A DNA stretch of 64,000 nucleotides from Candidatus Bathyarchaeota archaeon (GCA_963733055.1 CAVTBR010000001.1:960001-1024000), one strand, 5' to 3'; counted from the first letter of the stretch, positions 20,714 to 30,874 are shown. Notes: generated from the letters alone by a model not told the origin. Numbers and translations are program-made.

Positions 20714-21154
20714 TCAAGATTTCTTTCGTGCCCTCTTTTTCTTTCGTATCGTGTAAATGTCCAACCAAATGTTTTCGAACCCTTGGACGAACGCTACCTC
20801 CCACGTGCCCATTTTAACCGGCCCTATTTTTGTAGGGTAGCCTCCATCGCTAAGCCTCTTCAGCAACTCATCGAAATCATCAACCTGAAAACCCAGGTGA
20901 TCGAGTTCTTCTCCTTCACGGAAGGGGGCTGCTATGGGGCTGTCATCCGCGTACCAATTTATTTCCAACCAATGTTTTCCGCCTTTGCTGAGTAAGTTGG
21001 CGAATTCACCCTTGGTCCAGTCGGCTTTGATGCGAGAACGCAGCTTCATTCCCAGGTATTTTGTGAAGAAATCGATTGCGCCGTCTAGATCGCGAACCCG
21101 GATTCCCGTGTAGGAAAACTTCGCTCGGGTTGATTTCGCCCTCATTCTTGGCAA
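20714..21154 (-). CDS. VOC/glyoxalase family protein
   Basis: YTGIRVRDLDGAIDFF, LEINW, DHLGFQVDD. Confidence 0.88.
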   Translation of the reverse strand: MPRMRAKSTRAKFSYTGIRVRDLDGAIDFFTKYLGMKLRSRIKADWTKGEFANLLSKGGKHWLEINWYADDSPIAAPFREGEELDHLGFQVDDFDELLKRLSDGGYPTKIGPVKMGTWEVAFVQGFENIWLDIYTIRKKKRARKKS

Positions 21155-21296
21155 GATCTCTGGGCCTTTCTGTGGTAGTTTGGAGATAAATGGATTCTCC
21201 AGAATTCAAGCAGTTTCCGCTAGCCACGCAGAGTCGGTTCGGATGAATTAGCATTCAGGCCCGACGCGAAGATTGCTTCCTGAATAGGATTTGGGC

Positions 21297-21518
21297 TCAA
21301 TTTACGTATGATGGGCGGGTAAGTTTCTCAGTGAATTGGCTAACTCGCGCATCGGGGCCCTTGCCTAACCGCGATTTAGGAGGAGAGGGAGTGGGTTCCC
21401 GATCTTCGTCTACGGGAGGAGTGATTAGCCTCCGGCCTCCGCATCTTTGGCATATGTCTGAATCTTCATTGAAGATCGGTAGTGTTCCATCACACGTGCA
21501 AACTGTATAATTGCTCAT
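21297..21518 (-). CDS. Small Cys-motif (Zn-ribbon-like) protein
   Basis: CTC...CQRC followed by a Pro-rich tail; ATG start. Confidence 0.5.
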   Translation of the reverse strand: MSNYTVCTCDGTLPIFNEDSDICQRCGGRRLITPPVDEDREPTPSPPKSRLGKGPDARVSQFTEKLTRPSYVN

Positions 21519-21628
21519 TACAGTTCACCGGAAGCTTCTGTGATGGACTCGGAACAAAAACACGTTTCCACTTATTCCACGTAGCCGGTAGCAACCTGAT
21601 ATTAAGCGCCCAGTAACAATTCGATTAT

Positions 21629-21650
21629 GGAGTAACTATTCTGTTACTCC
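21629..21650. promoter_or_regulatory. Perfect 8-bp inverted repeat, candidate operator
   Basis: ggagtaac-tattct-gttactcc between the divergent 21518 and HxlR genes. Confidence 0.5.
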
Positions 21651-21863
21651 TATCCTGTTCGAAATCGAGTTGTGCACAATTTTTCTTGAATTGAACTTTG
21701 TTTAGAAACGTCTTAGAGAATCATCCTGTAATCGCGATTTCAAAGTTGCAGTGAGGATTTCCAATCGCGGGCACCCTGATTTCTGGGGGTATCAGCACGG
21801 TAGCCTGCACTACGGCCTGTTCAGTTATTAATGATAGGTCGTAACATGGTGTAAGTGACGTGA

Positions 21864-22325
21864 TTGCAGTCTCAGGTTTCAGAGGTTGACCTTCGGAGCG
21901 GAATAGAACGGCTATTCGATGAGTTCATCGAATACTCTGCCGGTTTCACGAATAAGATCTTCGAGGTTGGAAGTGGTCGGATAGATAATGAGCCGGCTAG
22001 CATATCGAAAGCTAATCTTATGATTGCCAAGATCATATTCAGTAAGTGGGTTATCGAAATCCTCGCCGTACTCCACCATCGAGACAGCTGTGGTTTTGAA
22101 GAAATGCGAAGACAGATAGGAACGATTAGCCCACGCATGCTTTCCCTCAAACTAACCAAACTTCAGAAAATAGGCATAATTCACCGGGAAGTCCTCCAGG
22201 GCAAACCTCCCCGCGTGAACTATAGCCTAACCAAGAAGGGAGAAGCGGTTGGAAAACTCGGTGAACCGGTAATGCTCTTCCTACGCTATCACAGCGGGCT
22301 ACTCTTTTCAGACGGGTCGAAGTAG
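21864..22325 (+). CDS. HxlR-family transcriptional regulator
   Basis: KWVIEIL, ISPRMLSLKL, PPRVNYSLTKKG. Confidence 0.9.
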   Translation: MQSQVSEVDLRSGIERLFDEFIEYSAGFTNKIFEVGSGRIDNEPASISKANLMIAKIIFSKWVIEILAVLHHRDSCGFEEMRRQIGTISPRMLSLKLTKLQKIGIIHREVLQGKPPRVNYSLTKKGEAVGKLGEPVMLFLRYHSGLLFSDGSK

Positions 22326-22480
22326 TTGCAGTGGGAAATCATAGCTTAGTAAAATCGACTAAAACGGTCCGTTGAATCAACCGTTTCATGTGTGAAAGTT
22401 TTTCTGTTCGCAAAACTTGGGTTAGGTAATCATACCCGCATACGAAATATCCATAGTAGCGTAGGTGTAGGTGAAGAAGA

Positions 22481-24064
22481 GTGTCTGAACATCGACAGAA
22501 AGCATCAAAACAGGTTCAGGTCGTAGAGGACGCCAAGAGAACCATTGGCCTTAAGCAGTTGATCCACAACGGCGTTCTAGTGCCGGCCCCCTACACTCCC
22601 CAGAACTTCACCCTAACCTTCCGCGGCACACCACTCAAGCTCACCCCACTTCAAGAAGAGATGGCGGTAAGGTTCGCCCAGAAATTCGGCACCCCATACG
22701 CTGAGGATCAGAAGTTTCGATCAAATTTCATGGAAGACTTCGCGAAAGCCCTGGGCGTGAAGGGAAAGATCACCGTTGAAGACTTCGACTGGACGCCCAT
22801 CGTTCAATGGATCGAGGCTGAAAAGGCCAGGAAGGCGGGCATGGGGAAGGACGAGAAGAAGCAGTTGGCAGCCTCAAGGAAGAAAATCCGAGAGGAACGC
22901 AAGGAACACTACGGTTGGGCCAAGGTTGACGGTGTGCGTATGGAGATCGCCAACTACTCCGTCGAACCCTCAGGAATCTTCCTCGGGCGAGGCAAACATC
23001 CGCTTCGGGGAAGGTGGAAGCCAGCCATCTTCACGAAGGATGTGACGTTGAATCTCAGCCCGGACGCACCGACGCCGCTAGGTGAATGGGCGGGGCGGGA
23101 GTGGCGTTCGAATGAGCTTTGGATTGCTCGCTGGACGGATAAGTTGGTTGGGAAGGTGAAATATGTTTGGTTCCATGACGCAACACCGATGAAACAGGGG
23201 CGGACGCAGGAGAAGTTCGATTTGGCTAGGGATTTGGAGTCAAGGATTGCTGAGGTGCGAGCTCACATCGCGAGAGGGTTGGTGGATGAGGATGTGAAGC
23301 GTCGGAAGGTGGCGACGGTAGCTTACCTGATTGACGTGTTCAATATCCGTGTTGGTGATGAGAAGGAGACGGAGAGCGGGACGGTTGGGGCGACAAGTCT
23401 GCAGAGAAAACACATCAATCTCCACAACAGCCCCTTCGTCGTGAAGCTGCATTTCCTCGGCAAGGATTGGGTGCTGTTCGAGAGGGAACTGGAAGTGTCT
23501 GAGGCCGCGTTCCGGAACTTGCAAGAATTCACCGCTAACGAGGGACGCATATTCAGCGGAGTCACTACAGATGCCGTGCGAGAGTTTCTTTCCGAAGCCA
23601 TGTCACGCCTGAGCCCGAAAGTATTCCGTACATTTTCCGCAACAGACCTCTTCGAAAAGAAGTTGGGGAGCGCTAAGGTGAGTGCAGAGAGTTTGGAGAC
23701 GGAGAAGAAGATGGCGTTGACCGAGGCGAATGCGGCGGTGGCTCAGTTGCTGAATCACCAGAAGGCGGTGCCCAAGAAGTGGCAGGAAACATACAAGAAA
23801 CGAATGGAGATGCTGAAATCCCTGAAAGGAAAGGAGGGGAAATCCATCGCCAAACGGAAACAGGGGCTCCAACTCCGCATACAACAAATGAGGCTAGGAA
23901 AGACCTGGAACCTAGGGACGTCGCTTAGGAACTACATAGACCCGAGGGTTTCGGTGGAGTTCTGTAGGAAAGTCGACTACGACTGGAAACGTTACTACCC
24001 CAAAGCGCTGATCACCAAATTTGCCTGGGCCGACCCGGAAGGAAACCAGAGCGAGCAGAAATAG
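22481..24064 (+). CDS. DNA topoisomerase IB (eukaryote-like, single ORF)
   Basis: LIHNGV, FLGRGKHP, KVKYV, IRVGDEK, FLGKD, KVFRT, LLNH, TSLRNYIDPR; the full R-K-R-H-Y catalytic pentad is present. Confidence 0.95.
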   Translation: MSEHRQKASKQVQVVEDAKRTIGLKQLIHNGVLVPAPYTPQNFTLTFRGTPLKLTPLQEEMAVRFAQKFGTPYAEDQKFRSNFMEDFAKALGVKGKITVEDFDWTPIVQWIEAEKARKAGMGKDEKKQLAASRKKIREERKEHYGWAKVDGVRMEIANYSVEPSGIFLGRGKHPLRGRWKPAIFTKDVTLNLSPDAPTPLGEWAGREWRSNELWIARWTDKLVGKVKYVWFHDATPMKQGRTQEKFDLARDLESRIAEVRAHIARGLVDEDVKRRKVATVAYLIDVFNIRVGDEKETESGTVGATSLQRKHINLHNSPFVVKLHFLGKDWVLFERELEVSEAAFRNLQEFTANEGRIFSGVTTDAVREFLSEAMSRLSPKVFRTFSATDLFEKKLGSAKVSAESLETEKKMALTEANAAVAQLLNHQKAVPKKWQETYKKRMEMLKSLKGKEGKSIAKRKQGLQLRIQQMRLGKTWNLGTSLRNYIDPRVSVEFCRKVDYDWKRYYPKALITKFAWADPEGNQSEQK

Positions 24065-24326
24065 CATAACGGGTAGCGAATGGAAAAAAACCTTTTCTTG
24101 GCCACTTTTGGCGCCTTGTTGTATAATCTTCCGCTTTGTGCGGCCTTCTGCCACCAGCCGTATCGTTTCGGCACGTTTCGAGGTAGTCAGCCTCAAATCT
24201 TCACGTACTGGTCAAATGCATGGGAAAACCAAGATTCTTCGAACGGTTTGACCTAGTCAATATAAGGCGGGGTGCGGGTAAACGTTGGTTCAACAATGTT
24301 AGCAGAAAGCATCAGCGTTACCCCCG

Positions 24327-24893
24327 ATGTCGAGGAATTCGACCTCGACCCGCGAACTGGAAGTGCTCAAACTTCTCTCGGCCGACCAGAATGCACACTA
24401 CTCATTCCAAGGGCTCCGGCGAAGACTCGGCCTACACCAGGAAACACTAACCCGAACCCTCAAGAGGCTAGAGGAAGCGCACGCCATCGAACACTCTCCC
24501 GATGGGTACAAGGTGAGAGGTTCGGGAAACACGTTCTCGTTCACAGTTAGAACAGGCCAACCAAACCCGAAGCCAGTAATCGAAGCCTATCTACCGAGCC
24601 AAATTGACGTCACCGTCCTATTTCAGAAGCTTAGAGGTAGATGGTTCAGCAACTTCAGATGGCTTGGCTACTCACAGGACGGGAGCATGCTCTCAATGAG
24701 CTGGATCAGTGAAGACGGGCGAATGCAGTTGCAGGCCCGAATAAGCGCCGGCCGAATCACGATCACCGCCGACTCCTACACCAGCCAAAGCGAGTCGGAA
24801 CAGATCGCAGCAGCATACCAACTCTTCGACCACATAACCAAAGCAACCGAAGAAATGTCTCAAACCGTAACCCCCACGCCAATCGCGAACTGA
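24327..24893 (+). CDS. Winged-helix DNA-binding protein (true start may be 24297 via a frameshift)
   Basis: FQGLRRRLGLHQETLTRTLKRLEE. Confidence 0.8.
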   Translation: MSRNSTSTRELEVLKLLSADQNAHYSFQGLRRRLGLHQETLTRTLKRLEEAHAIEHSPDGYKVRGSGNTFSFTVRTGQPNPKPVIEAYLPSQIDVTVLFQKLRGRWFSNFRWLGYSQDGSMLSMSWISEDGRMQLQARISAGRITITADSYTSQSESEQIAAAYQLFDHITKATEEMSQTVTPTPIAN

Positions 24894-25078
24894 CCAGCTA
24901 CCAAACTCCCCAGTCATTATCAGCCAATCGCGGCTATCTACCCGCGAACAGAAATGATATCGTTAAACGATCTTGAACCAACCGTCGTTCAACTAGATTC
25001 GGTAACCGTCCCGTGGAAGCCAATCGACCCAAAGCCTGAACCGCTCGAAAGACGCCCCTTTATGGGTCGACTCTACGC

Positions 25079-26002
25079 TTAGACTTCCGCCACTGCGACC
25101 CTACCGCCCAACATTGGGTCCAATGGTTGACCGAAGAGTTCTGGATGAAGCATTTGGGCTAGAATGCTGATCGCGTCGAAGAGCCTAGGACCGGATCGGC
25201 TGAAGTAATTGTGCCCGTCAGTAGCGTAAACTAAACCATTTCGCACGGCCGAAAGGCGTCTTGCATTTGGGAGATTGAGGAACTGTTTTGCTTCGCTTAT
25301 CGTTCTTGGAGTCGTAAAGCCACACGGCATCAACACAACGACCTCCGGATCATACTCTAAGACTCGGTTCCAGTCTACGTAGGTTGATGGTTCACCCTTA
25401 GTTGCTAGCTCATCGACTCCCCCCGCATATTCGAGCAGTTCGGGGACCCAGTGACCTGCATTCATAACCGGCTTTAACCACTCGACACAGAAAACTCTCG
25501 TTTTCCTCCTACCTTCCGTTAGCCGCCCAATTTCCTCAGCCTTCGCCTTTAGTTGTGCGACCACACGTTCCGCTTCTTTCTTGCGATCCGTTGCTCCAGC
25601 TACTTTCCGAATATCATCCTGAACGTCTTCAAGCGTGTGCGGGTTCAGCGAAAGCACATTCACCTGCCTACCCAACCTATTCACAGCCTCCAAGACGTCT
25701 GTCGCTCCGATTGCGCACACGTCGCAGAGTTCTTGTGTGATGATGAGGTCTGGGTTTGCTTGTTTGAGTTCGTCGAACTTGATTCGGTAAATGCTCTTGC
25801 CCTCTCGCATGTTCTCCACAACAAGCGCGTCGATTCGTTCACTGCTCAGCTGCGTGGTATCGAAGATGGGCTCGATCATCTTCGGCTTCGATTTGGCGCT
25901 TTCGGGGTAGTCGCATTCGTGGGACACCCCGACTAAACTGTTCCCTAAGCCGAGTAAGTAAACGATCTCCGTTGCGCTCGGGAGAAGCGATACAATGCGC
26001 AT
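25079..26002 (-). CDS. Cobalamin/iron-binding protein (BtuF/TroA-like), no signal peptide
   Basis: MRIVSLLPSATE, GVSHECDYP, TQELCDVCA, GHWVPE, FSRSGPRL. Confidence 0.88.
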   Translation of the reverse strand: MRIVSLLPSATEIVYLLGLGNSLVGVSHECDYPESAKSKPKMIEPIFDTTQLSSERIDALVVENMREGKSIYRIKFDELKQANPDLIITQELCDVCAIGATDVLEAVNRLGRQVNVLSLNPHTLEDVQDDIRKVAGATDRKKEAERVVAQLKAKAEEIGRLTEGRRKTRVFCVEWLKPVMNAGHWVPELLEYAGGVDELATKGEPSTYVDWNRVLEYDPEVVVLMPCGFTTPRTISEAKQFLNLPNARRLSAVRNGLVYATDGHNYFSRSGPRLFDAISILAQMLHPELFGQPLDPMLGGRVAVAEV

Positions 26003-26018
26003 TCGCTTCGAACTCCGA

Positions 26019-27434
26019 TCACTTGCGTTTAGTCCGACGTAGCGAACTTCGTCCAGGGAGGAGAGCTAGGCCTAGGAAGATGGTGACGACAGCTATGGTT
26101 GCGCCGACGAGGGTTGTGGAGCTTATGGATTGCAATGTGACCACCGGCTCGCCTCCGAATGCTTCAATGAGTTCAGCCGTTGCGGTTACTCCGAAAGAAC
26201 CCGCCAGCACCAAGCCGGTAAGTGCAATGCCCGATGCTGCCCCAGCTTTCTGGGGGGGCACGACCGCTAACGCAGCGGTGTCCGTTGTAGCATAGACTAA
26301 ACCGAGCCCCAGTCCAGCGATCCCGAGCATTGAAAGTAGGAGAAGCCACGAACCAGCCAACGCATTAACGCCTATCACTGTAAACGATACTAGAGAGCAA
26401 AGCAGTCCCGAGATCATTGGAACCCGCGGCCCAAACTTAGCATCCAACCTTCCCGCAACAGGGCCGGCAATTGCGGTGCCAGCTGACAAAGGAAGCAGAG
26501 ACGCGCCCGCGAGTAGAGGAGGGAACCCCCGAACGTTCTCGAAGAAGAGAGTGAATGCGAAAACTGCCAGGCAGAAGAGGATGTTGCCAACGCTTCCCGT
26601 CAAAGTGATCCCTGAGAATGCTCTTCCGGCGAATAATTCGGGTTGAATGAGAGGGTTGGACACTCGATGTTCAATCCTGCCGCACAGCCAGAACAGTATG
26701 ATTGATGCGGCGACTGCGCCGATCGTGAGCATAGAGGTCCAACCCCAATCTGCGCCATAATTTATGAGCAGCGACACTACCACACAACTCGAAACTATGG
26801 TTACCAACCCAGCCCAATCAATGGATTTCGCAACGCTCTCGTCCCGAGACTCTGACATCTCTCTCATGGCGAGGATTATGGCGACAATTGCGACGGGCAC
26901 GTTGAAGTAGAAAACCCACCGCCACCCAAGCGTCCCTGTCAGCAGGCCGCCAACGAATGGCCCGATCGCTAGACCGAGGTTCGCGATTCCCACAACAATT
27001 CCCGTGGCCGTCTGCCTCTGCTTCTCGGGCAGTGCGTTTGTCAAGATCGAGAATGAAATTGGGAAGAAGAATGCGGCACCAACCCCTTGCAGTATCCGTG
27101 CGGCAATCAACATGGAAACGCTCGTCGAAACGCCTCCAAGAATAGAAGCTATCGCGAAGATCACGATGCCCCCAATAAGCGCTCGACGGCGACCATAGAT
27201 GTCACCGAGCCTTCCGCCGACGATCATGAAAGAAGCGAAAGATAGCAGGTAGGCGCTAAGCGCCCATTGCAACGTGGTGGTTGGAACCTGTAACTCCACG
27301 GACATGACTGGAAGCGCCACAGACATCGACAAGTAATCCAACGAGACGACCAGTTGAGACAACGCCACGGCGACTAACAATAGCAGAGGCATCTTAGTCA
27401 GTTGATTCGACATCAGCCGTCCTCCGAGCCTCAC
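26019..27434 (-). CDS. MFS transporter (DHA2-like, 14 TM)
   Basis: GRLGDIYGRR, ARILQGVG, GPFVGG, WRWVFYFNVP. Confidence 0.92.
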   Translation of the reverse strand: MRLGGRLMSNQLTKMPLLLLVAVALSQLVVSLDYLSMSVALPVMSVELQVPTTTLQWALSAYLLSFASFMIVGGRLGDIYGRRRALIGGIVIFAIASILGGVSTSVSMLIAARILQGVGAAFFFPISFSILTNALPEKQRQTATGIVVGIANLGLAIGPFVGGLLTGTLGWRWVFYFNVPVAIVAIILAMREMSESRDESVAKSIDWAGLVTIVSSCVVVSLLINYGADWGWTSMLTIGAVAASIILFWLCGRIEHRVSNPLIQPELFAGRAFSGITLTGSVGNILFCLAVFAFTLFFENVRGFPPLLAGASLLPLSAGTAIAGPVAGRLDAKFGPRVPMISGLLCSLVSFTVIGVNALAGSWLLLLSMLGIAGLGLGLVYATTDTAALAVVPPQKAGAASGIALTGLVLAGSFGVTATAELIEAFGGEPVVTLQSISSTTLVGATIAVVTIFLGLALLPGRSSLRRTKRK

Positions 27435-27493
27435 AGAACAGGGTTAGAAAATATATGGGTGCCCACGCTTCTTAACATTGAGCGAGAATTTCT

Positions 27494-27671
27494 ATGCCTC
27501 GAGAGCTTGAATGCGGCCTCTGCGGTTCCGCGTTTCACGTGCCAAACCGGTATGGGACAATGTTGGTGCGACGAGTTCAGGTTGACCCCTGAAGCCATCG
27601 CTCAGCTAGAGGTGTTGGCTAAGGATTGCGTTTGCCCAGCGTGCCTGATGAAATTTTCAACCAGAAATTAA
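27494..27671 (+). CDS. Cysteine-rich CWC family small protein; +1 frameshift near 27533
   Basis: MPRELECGLCGSAF joins TCQTGMGQCWC...CVCPACL after removing one T. Confidence 0.75.
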
Positions 27672-27747
27672 CCCGACTCCCGGATTCTAATTGATCTAGT
27701 AGTGCGCTAGTGATAGTGTGCCATCCGTGTCCCCGTTGTCTTGAAGC

Positions 27748-28137
27748 CTAGGGGGTTGGCGCAAGGTAGTGTTCATTTCCGTCCGGGTCCCGGATTGTCG
27801 CGAACCATCCCCATGGAGCCTTTTCCGGAAGGTGAGAAAATTCGACACCAGCTTCCTTGAGCCGGTTGCACTCGGCTTGGAAATCCCCGGGTAGGACGAT
27901 AACGATTCCTGAAGGTCCGGGCTCGAGGGGAATCGGTTTCGGTTGGTTTTCTGATGCTTGACACAAATGAATCTCGCTTCCCTTGCCAACTCCTCCGACT
28001 GTGACCCAGTGGCCTTCGTCAGCCATTAAGGCCAATCCAAGTTTCTCAGTGTACCACTTCTTGGCTGTTTCACGATTGGAAACGACGACGGGCACACTCG
28101 CCACCCAAGGAGTTTTGGGATTCGTAGTTGTCATCAA
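27748..28137 (-). CDS. VOC/glyoxalase family protein
   Basis: AKKWYTEKLG, PWG, RDPDGN. Confidence 0.9.
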   Translation of the reverse strand: MMTTTNPKTPWVASVPVVVSNRETAKKWYTEKLGLALMADEGHWVTVGGVGKGSEIHLCQASENQPKPIPLEPGPSGIVIVLPGDFQAECNRLKEAGVEFSHLPEKAPWGWFATIRDPDGNEHYLAPTP

Positions 28138-28369
28138 TCACACTATCCTGTTTTCTCCGAGCGGAGATAGATAAAAACCGACTCACTATTGTATCCGCGC
28201 ATTTCACTCGCTCTCCCTATGATTGACGAAAAGCTGAACCTGAACCAGTTGACTGTCACAGTACAGTCTTCCAATCGAGAAACTTGTGGCTCGAGATTGT
28301 CAGGTTCCATTGTGACACGCAAATCTTCATAATTCGACGTAACCTTCGCGGCCTTGATTGGTGTCTTGA

Positions 28370-28759
28370 TTGACTGAGAGAAGGATAATTGACGATGCCT
28401 CCTTCCCGAACGAGTGGCCGAAGAAAGAAGACCATGAGGGGCATGAGGTCAGATGGAAGGATGGTGTCAGTAAGGAGTATGGGGTGCACGGTGTCGCTGT
28501 CGCGGTAGATTTTGACATTTGCATCGCCGATGGAATTTGTATTTCAGTGTGCCCGGTCAATGTTTTTGATAAGATGGACTTCCCCGCGGAGCAGGAGAAG
28601 ATCGACAAGCAGACCCCTAACGATAGCGGCAAGACGCTTTTGGACCGTTGGAAGGCCGACCCGATGCGAGAACGGGACTGCATCTTCTGCCGAGCGTGCG
28701 AAATCCAATGCCCAGTGCAAGCGATCAAGATCACCGAAGGCGTCGGGCCATTCGCATAA
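28370..28759 (+). CDS. zfx: Zinc-containing ferredoxin (Sulfolobus Zfx type)
   Basis: HEGH...GVHG...VDFDICIADGICISVCPV...KADP...CIFCRACEIQCPV. Confidence 0.85.
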   Translation: MTERRIIDDASFPNEWPKKEDHEGHEVRWKDGVSKEYGVHGVAVAVDFDICIADGICISVCPVNVFDKMDFPAEQEKIDKQTPNDSGKTLLDRWKADPMRERDCIFCRACEIQCPVQAIKITEGVGPFA

Positions 28760-28875
28760 AACTGTCAATAATCTAGCAGCAAATTGACAACAAGTGCGGG
28801 ATCTTGTACTGGTTCCTGCTCATTTGACGGTAAAACGCTATATCCATGCACAACACACCCTTTGGCTGATGTAAG

Positions 28876-29169
28876 ATGGCATTCATTCTCGCAGGAGCAC
28901 TGCTCGGAGCAGCGGCTGGTGGAGCATTAGGGCTCACGGCCGCGGGAATTACCGGTGCCTGGATTGGGGCTGGAATTGGAACTGCAGCAGGTATCGGCCT
29001 AGGGGCGGCCGCATATGCGTACAGTAGACGGTATTGGTACCCAATGCCGTATGCGCCGTATCCATACTTTGGCTCATATGCACCCTCATACGCACCCACA
29101 TACGCACCGTATCCGATGTTCAACTACCCTACCCCATGGCCAGCGGGCCGCCTCTTCTACGCGTACTAG
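28876..29169 (+). CDS. Small glycine-zipper protein with Tyr/Pro-rich repeats
   Basis: GxxxG array followed by YAPY/YAPS/YAPT repeats. Confidence 0.65.
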   Translation: MAFILAGALLGAAAGGALGLTAAGITGAWIGAGIGTAAGIGLGAAAYAYSRRYWYPMPYAPYPYFGSYAPSYAPTYAPYPMFNYPTPWPAGRLFYAY

Positions 29170-29250
29170 GCGCGGCTCTGCAAATTCCACGATCTGCTCC
29201 TAGCGGAGCTCATGAGATAATGGGCTTCCTGTTCGTTGTGTAGGCTTCAA

Positions 29251-29343
29251 GAAAAATTTCGGGGATAATTCTCGGGAGAGCGCTGCCGCAAAACCTACTG
29301 GTGCTCTCCGTCCCGGAGAGAAATGAGGTAGCAGCCTCTCCCC
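29251..29343 (-). ncRNA. Candidate structured ncRNA
   Basis: Nested helices gggagag/ctctccc, gctgc/gcagc, acct/aggt, ctctccg/cggagag; TATA-like ttaata about 25 nt upstream on the minus strand and a T-tract downstream. Confidence 0.35.
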
Positions 29344-29630
29344 AACAAAAATCGCAACCTAGAACTATTAATCACTTGCGGGTTAGCTTGCCCGAGTCAC
29401 GCGTGAAAGCAAGCGATGGTAGAATATGCTATCAACTATTCTTTTTGAAGACTCAAATTTGAAACACGCCGATACCCTCGGCAAAGAGGAATTGGATTCT
29501 AGTCCTTCTGATGAGCGAAGTAATAGTGTAAAACTTCTAAAAGAAATTCCCAGCGGATATTGGGAAGCTGCATTAGACTTATGTTCTCGGTTCGGGCGTA
29601 GGTTTCGTGCGGGAAAAGCCTCTGACTATT

Positions 29631-29794
<164 letters not shown>

Positions 29795-29948
29795 AAAAAC
29801 GGTTCAAGGCAACTTCCATAGTGTAACCTTTTCCACCTCTAACCCCTGGGGGGCATAGTTTTCTATGGCACATGCCCGGGGCATCATTTGGGGAGCTGAA
29901 ACCTGATGAATGCTATGCTTAAAGGAGAATTCTACAAGCCGGTTCCCT

Positions 29949-30350
29949 ATGAATTCTGAAAGTCCGGTTGAAGGCGTTGTCACTAAGCCTAGTAGGTACA
30001 CTGTCGAGGAAACATTGGATCGTTTGGAGAATGTAATTCATTCGAAGGGCCTCACCCTCTTCGCAACTATCGATCACAGCGGCGAAGCAGAAAAGGCCGG
30101 TCTGACGATGCAGGATGCAAAGTTGTTAATTTTCGGAAGCCCCAAAGCGGGAACCCCACTAATGATTCACTCGCTCCTACTCGCCCTTGACCTACCACTC
30201 AAAGCATTAGTTTGGAAGGATAACGAAGGACGAGTATTCGTAAGCTACAACAGCACCAAATATCTCGCCAAACGGCACAACCTACCCGCTGATCTCACGA
30301 AAAATATCGAGGGGATCGACGCACTAGTCGAGAACGCTTTATCCGCATAG
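29949..30350 (+). CDS. DUF302 family protein
   Basis: FATIDHS, IFGSPKAGTPLM, LDLPLKALVW. Confidence 0.9.
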   Translation: MNSESPVEGVVTKPSRYTVEETLDRLENVIHSKGLTLFATIDHSGEAEKAGLTMQDAKLLIFGSPKAGTPLMIHSLLLALDLPLKALVWKDNEGRVFVSYNSTKYLAKRHNLPADLTKNIEGIDALVENALSA

Positions 30351-30401
30351 AAGCCGTACAAAGATCGTTTGCTTCTTGGATAGCGCGAGAATGGATTGGT
30401 T

Positions 30402-30800
30402 TCATTGCGCTTTTCGGAATTTTAGGGAAACCGAATTTATACAGTAACGAAGCCCGGTGGGTTTTGGTCCGTCGTTGAAGACATGGCCCAGGTGGGCTTC
30501 GCATCGGCTGCAAAGGACTTCAGTGCGTCGCATGAAGAGGCTCCTATCGGTCTCTGTCTTTACGTTGTTCGTGTTGATAGGGGTCCAGAAGCTGGGCCAT
30601 CCGGTTTGAGATTCGAACTTGGTTTCTGAATTGAATAGGTCGTTGCCGCAGCAAACACATTGGTAGACCCCCGCCTCATGATTGTTCCAGTATGCGCCCG
30701 TGAACGGTCTCTCGGTTCCCTTCTTTCGGGCGACGTGAAACTGTTCGGGAGTTAGTGACCGCCTCCATTCCTCCTCCGTCTTGACAACCTTATCCGTCAT
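30402..30800 (-). CDS. msrB: Peptide-methionine (R)-S-oxide reductase
   Basis: GTERPF, CVCC, GWPSF, HLGHVF, RYCINS. Confidence 0.96.
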   Translation of the reverse strand: MTDKVVKTEEEWRRSLTPEQFHVARKKGTERPFTGAYWNNHEAGVYQCVCCGNDLFNSETKFESQTGWPSFWTPINTNNVKTETDRSLFMRRTEVLCSRCEAHLGHVFNDGPKPTGLRYCINSVSLKFRKAQ

Positions 30801-30874
30801 AACTTTTAACCAAGTAGATTGACCGGCATGATCAATATCTATCTTCACCCAATTCAGGCCCACGTGAGACATTA

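Noticed and set aside
28773-29123. Minus-strand Tyr/Ala/Pro-rich ORF
   Set aside because: Mirror of the low-complexity plus-strand gene, which has an ATG start and a coherent Gly-zipper.
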